This document shows positions 62,046-64,000 of a stretch of 64,000 bases of DNA, piece after piece. The notes under the pieces were generated by a model, which had not been told where the DNA came from, searched no databases, and saw only the letters and a list, made by a program, of their open reading frames with translations. The stretch lies in NCBI GenBank assembly GCA_010356995.1, contig ML996689.1, positions 1,010,691 to 1,074,690 of the forward strand. Reading direction: 5' to 3'. The position numbers and the translations under genes are program-made. Origin of the DNA: Trichodelitschia bisporula (taxonomy: Eukaryota). Every line of letters starts with the position of its first letter. The stretch's first letter is position 1.

Positions 62046-64000
62046 ATGGCTCCGGACAGAGGATACAGACCGGTTGCCGCATCTTCCGAAGCTCGTGAGA
62101 GCCTTCAGTCACGGCCAGAAGACGCCGCACAACTTCTCGCCGCCCGAGCCGATGAGCCTCAGAACTTTACTCTTCGAGGCATTCTAGTCGGCACCGTAAT
62201 TGGCGTTGTCATCCTCTTTTCAAATACCTATTTTGGTCTGCAAACGGGCTGGATATCTGGAATGTCAATGCCGTCCGCCCTGCTAGGCTTTGCCTACTTC
62301 AAGACCGTATCCCGATGGATCGGATTCCCATTTACTCCTGTCGAGAACGTTCTTGTGCAGTCCGTATCGGGAGCCGTCGGTTCTATGCCGCTTGCTTGTG
62401 GGTTCGTTGGGGTATTTCCCGCTCTCAACTTCCTTCTCACTGCAGATGAGAATGGCCCTTTACGCGTAGGAATGTTCAAACTCATTGTATGGGCTCTGGG
62501 TGTCGCTTTCTTTGGCGTAATATTTGCTGTTCCTCTTCGGAGACAAGTCATCATCCGAGAAAAGCTCAAATTCCCGGGCGGTACGGCAACGGCCCTAATG
62601 ATCAGTGTTCTTCACAACGACTCGGGAGATGCGAAAATTATCTCGCAAACAACCGCCAAGAATGATCCAGACGGAAATGCTTCAGACGGATTAGCTGGCT
62701 TTTCGTCCCCCGAAATGCCGACAGTGGAAGAACCTGACGCCGGCGATGGCAACCAAGCAGACTGGAGAGCGAAGATCAAATTTCTGCTTTCAGCCTTTGC
62801 TGGATCGGCTCTATATGTATGTATCAGTCTTTATCTTGCAGCAGACTCCAGTGCTTAGGTTCGTTTACAGACTCTCGTTACATACTTCGTTCCCCAAATA
62901 CGAGATGTACCAATCTTTGGGATGTCACTTGCCCAGAACTGGCTTTGGACCTTGAATCCGTCTCCGGCGTATGTCGGCCAAGGGATTATCATGGGCCCAG
63001 CAACAACCCTGCACATGCTGCTTGGGGCCATTTTGGGGTGGGGTATTCTGTCGCCACTTGCAAAGTATCAAGGCTGGGCTCCTGGGTCAGTTGGCGATTG
63101 GGAGACGGGCAGCAAAGGTTGGATTGTGTGGGTCAGCCTAGCGATCATGCTTGCTGATTCTCTCGTCGGCCTCGGGTGGCTTGCTTTGCGCCCGATCGTC
63201 CTATACGGACCCGAACTTGCTTCCGATATCTACGGGTTGTTCCAGCGACATGACTGGAAGGAAGTTATCATGCTCAAAACCCGACTCAACCCTGGGTATC
63301 TTGCTGTGGATGGATCCGAGGATGCGGAAACCCCTGTATCATTGAAGTTCGCCGCCACTGAGGAAGAGGAAGCCGACGCCCCCGCGGAACACCTCATATC
63401 CAATCGCACAACGCTAATCGGCTTACTTCTGTCGCTTGTTCTCTGCATGGGGGCTGTGCACTACTGCTTTGGCAAACTGATGCCGGTGTCGTTGACGTTG
63501 CTCTCTCTCTTCATGGCCCTTTTCCTTTCCGTTATGGGGGTGCGTGCCCTTGGCGAGACGGACATCAATCCCGTTTCTGGCATTTCGAAGATCACGCAGC
63601 TTTTGTTCGCCTTCATTGTGCCACGCGGTGACAAAAACGCCATTATCATCAATCTGCTTGCCGGTGCCATATCGGAAAGTGGAGCGCTGCAAGCGGGGGA
63701 CTTGATGCAAGATCTGAAGACCGGACATCTCCTCGGTGCTGCACCAAACGCTCAGTTCTATGGACAGCTCATCGGTTCTACTGTCGGGGCCGTCGTATCT
63801 GCTGTCGTGTACAAGCTTTACACTGACGTATACACGATTCCCAATTCTCTGTTTCAGGTGCCCACGGCATATGTATGGGTGTTCACGGCACGCCTGGTCA
63901 CGGGACAAGGACTACCTCCTGCGGTTAGCGAGTGGGCAATTGGAGCGGGCCTGATTTTTGCGGCCACAACGGCATTCCGAACGTGGGCTAGAGCTGGAGG
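62046..64000 (+). CDS. OPT superfamily transporter, YSL/YGL114W-like (partial, runs off right edge)
   Basis: FTLRGILVG..NTYFGLQTGW; FTPVENVLVQS; REKLKFPGGTATA; SPAYVGQGIIMG; RALGETDINPVSGISK; AGDLMQDLKTGHL. Confidence 0.93.

Overview
Gene-dense, eukaryotic 64-kb window from a filamentous ascomycete (Pezizomycotina; short ~45-65 nt GT-AG introns with CTRAC-type branch points). I can support about 28 intron-containing or intronless protein genes. Most are housekeeping: SEC66, NPL4, RFC2, KRE33/NAT10, a PIC2-like phosphate carrier, MDE1, a PWWP protein, PRP16, PWP1, CKS1, USB1, PAL1, SNX4, ADK2, MDM38 and NOP14. There are also DUF3844, DUF3807, DUF3602 and DUF3659-repeat proteins, a FAS1 protein, a secreted class II peroxidase, a TRI12-like MFS pump and a partial OPT/YSL transporter. 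I found no tRNA, rRNA, transposon, CRISPR array or secondary-metabolite cluster, and I cannot demonstrate a wholly new biological system. The best leads are: a ~260-codon frame broken by a single TAG and in frame with SNX4; the hierarchical 12-unit DUF3659 repeat protein; a gene the ORF track mostly missed, with a GC-AG intron; 21-nt microexons; exon-repeat correspondence in the DUF3602 gene; and a dense CreA-like plus GATA cluster upstream of the OPT gene. All gene models were spliced by eye and family calls come from recalled motifs, not database searches.
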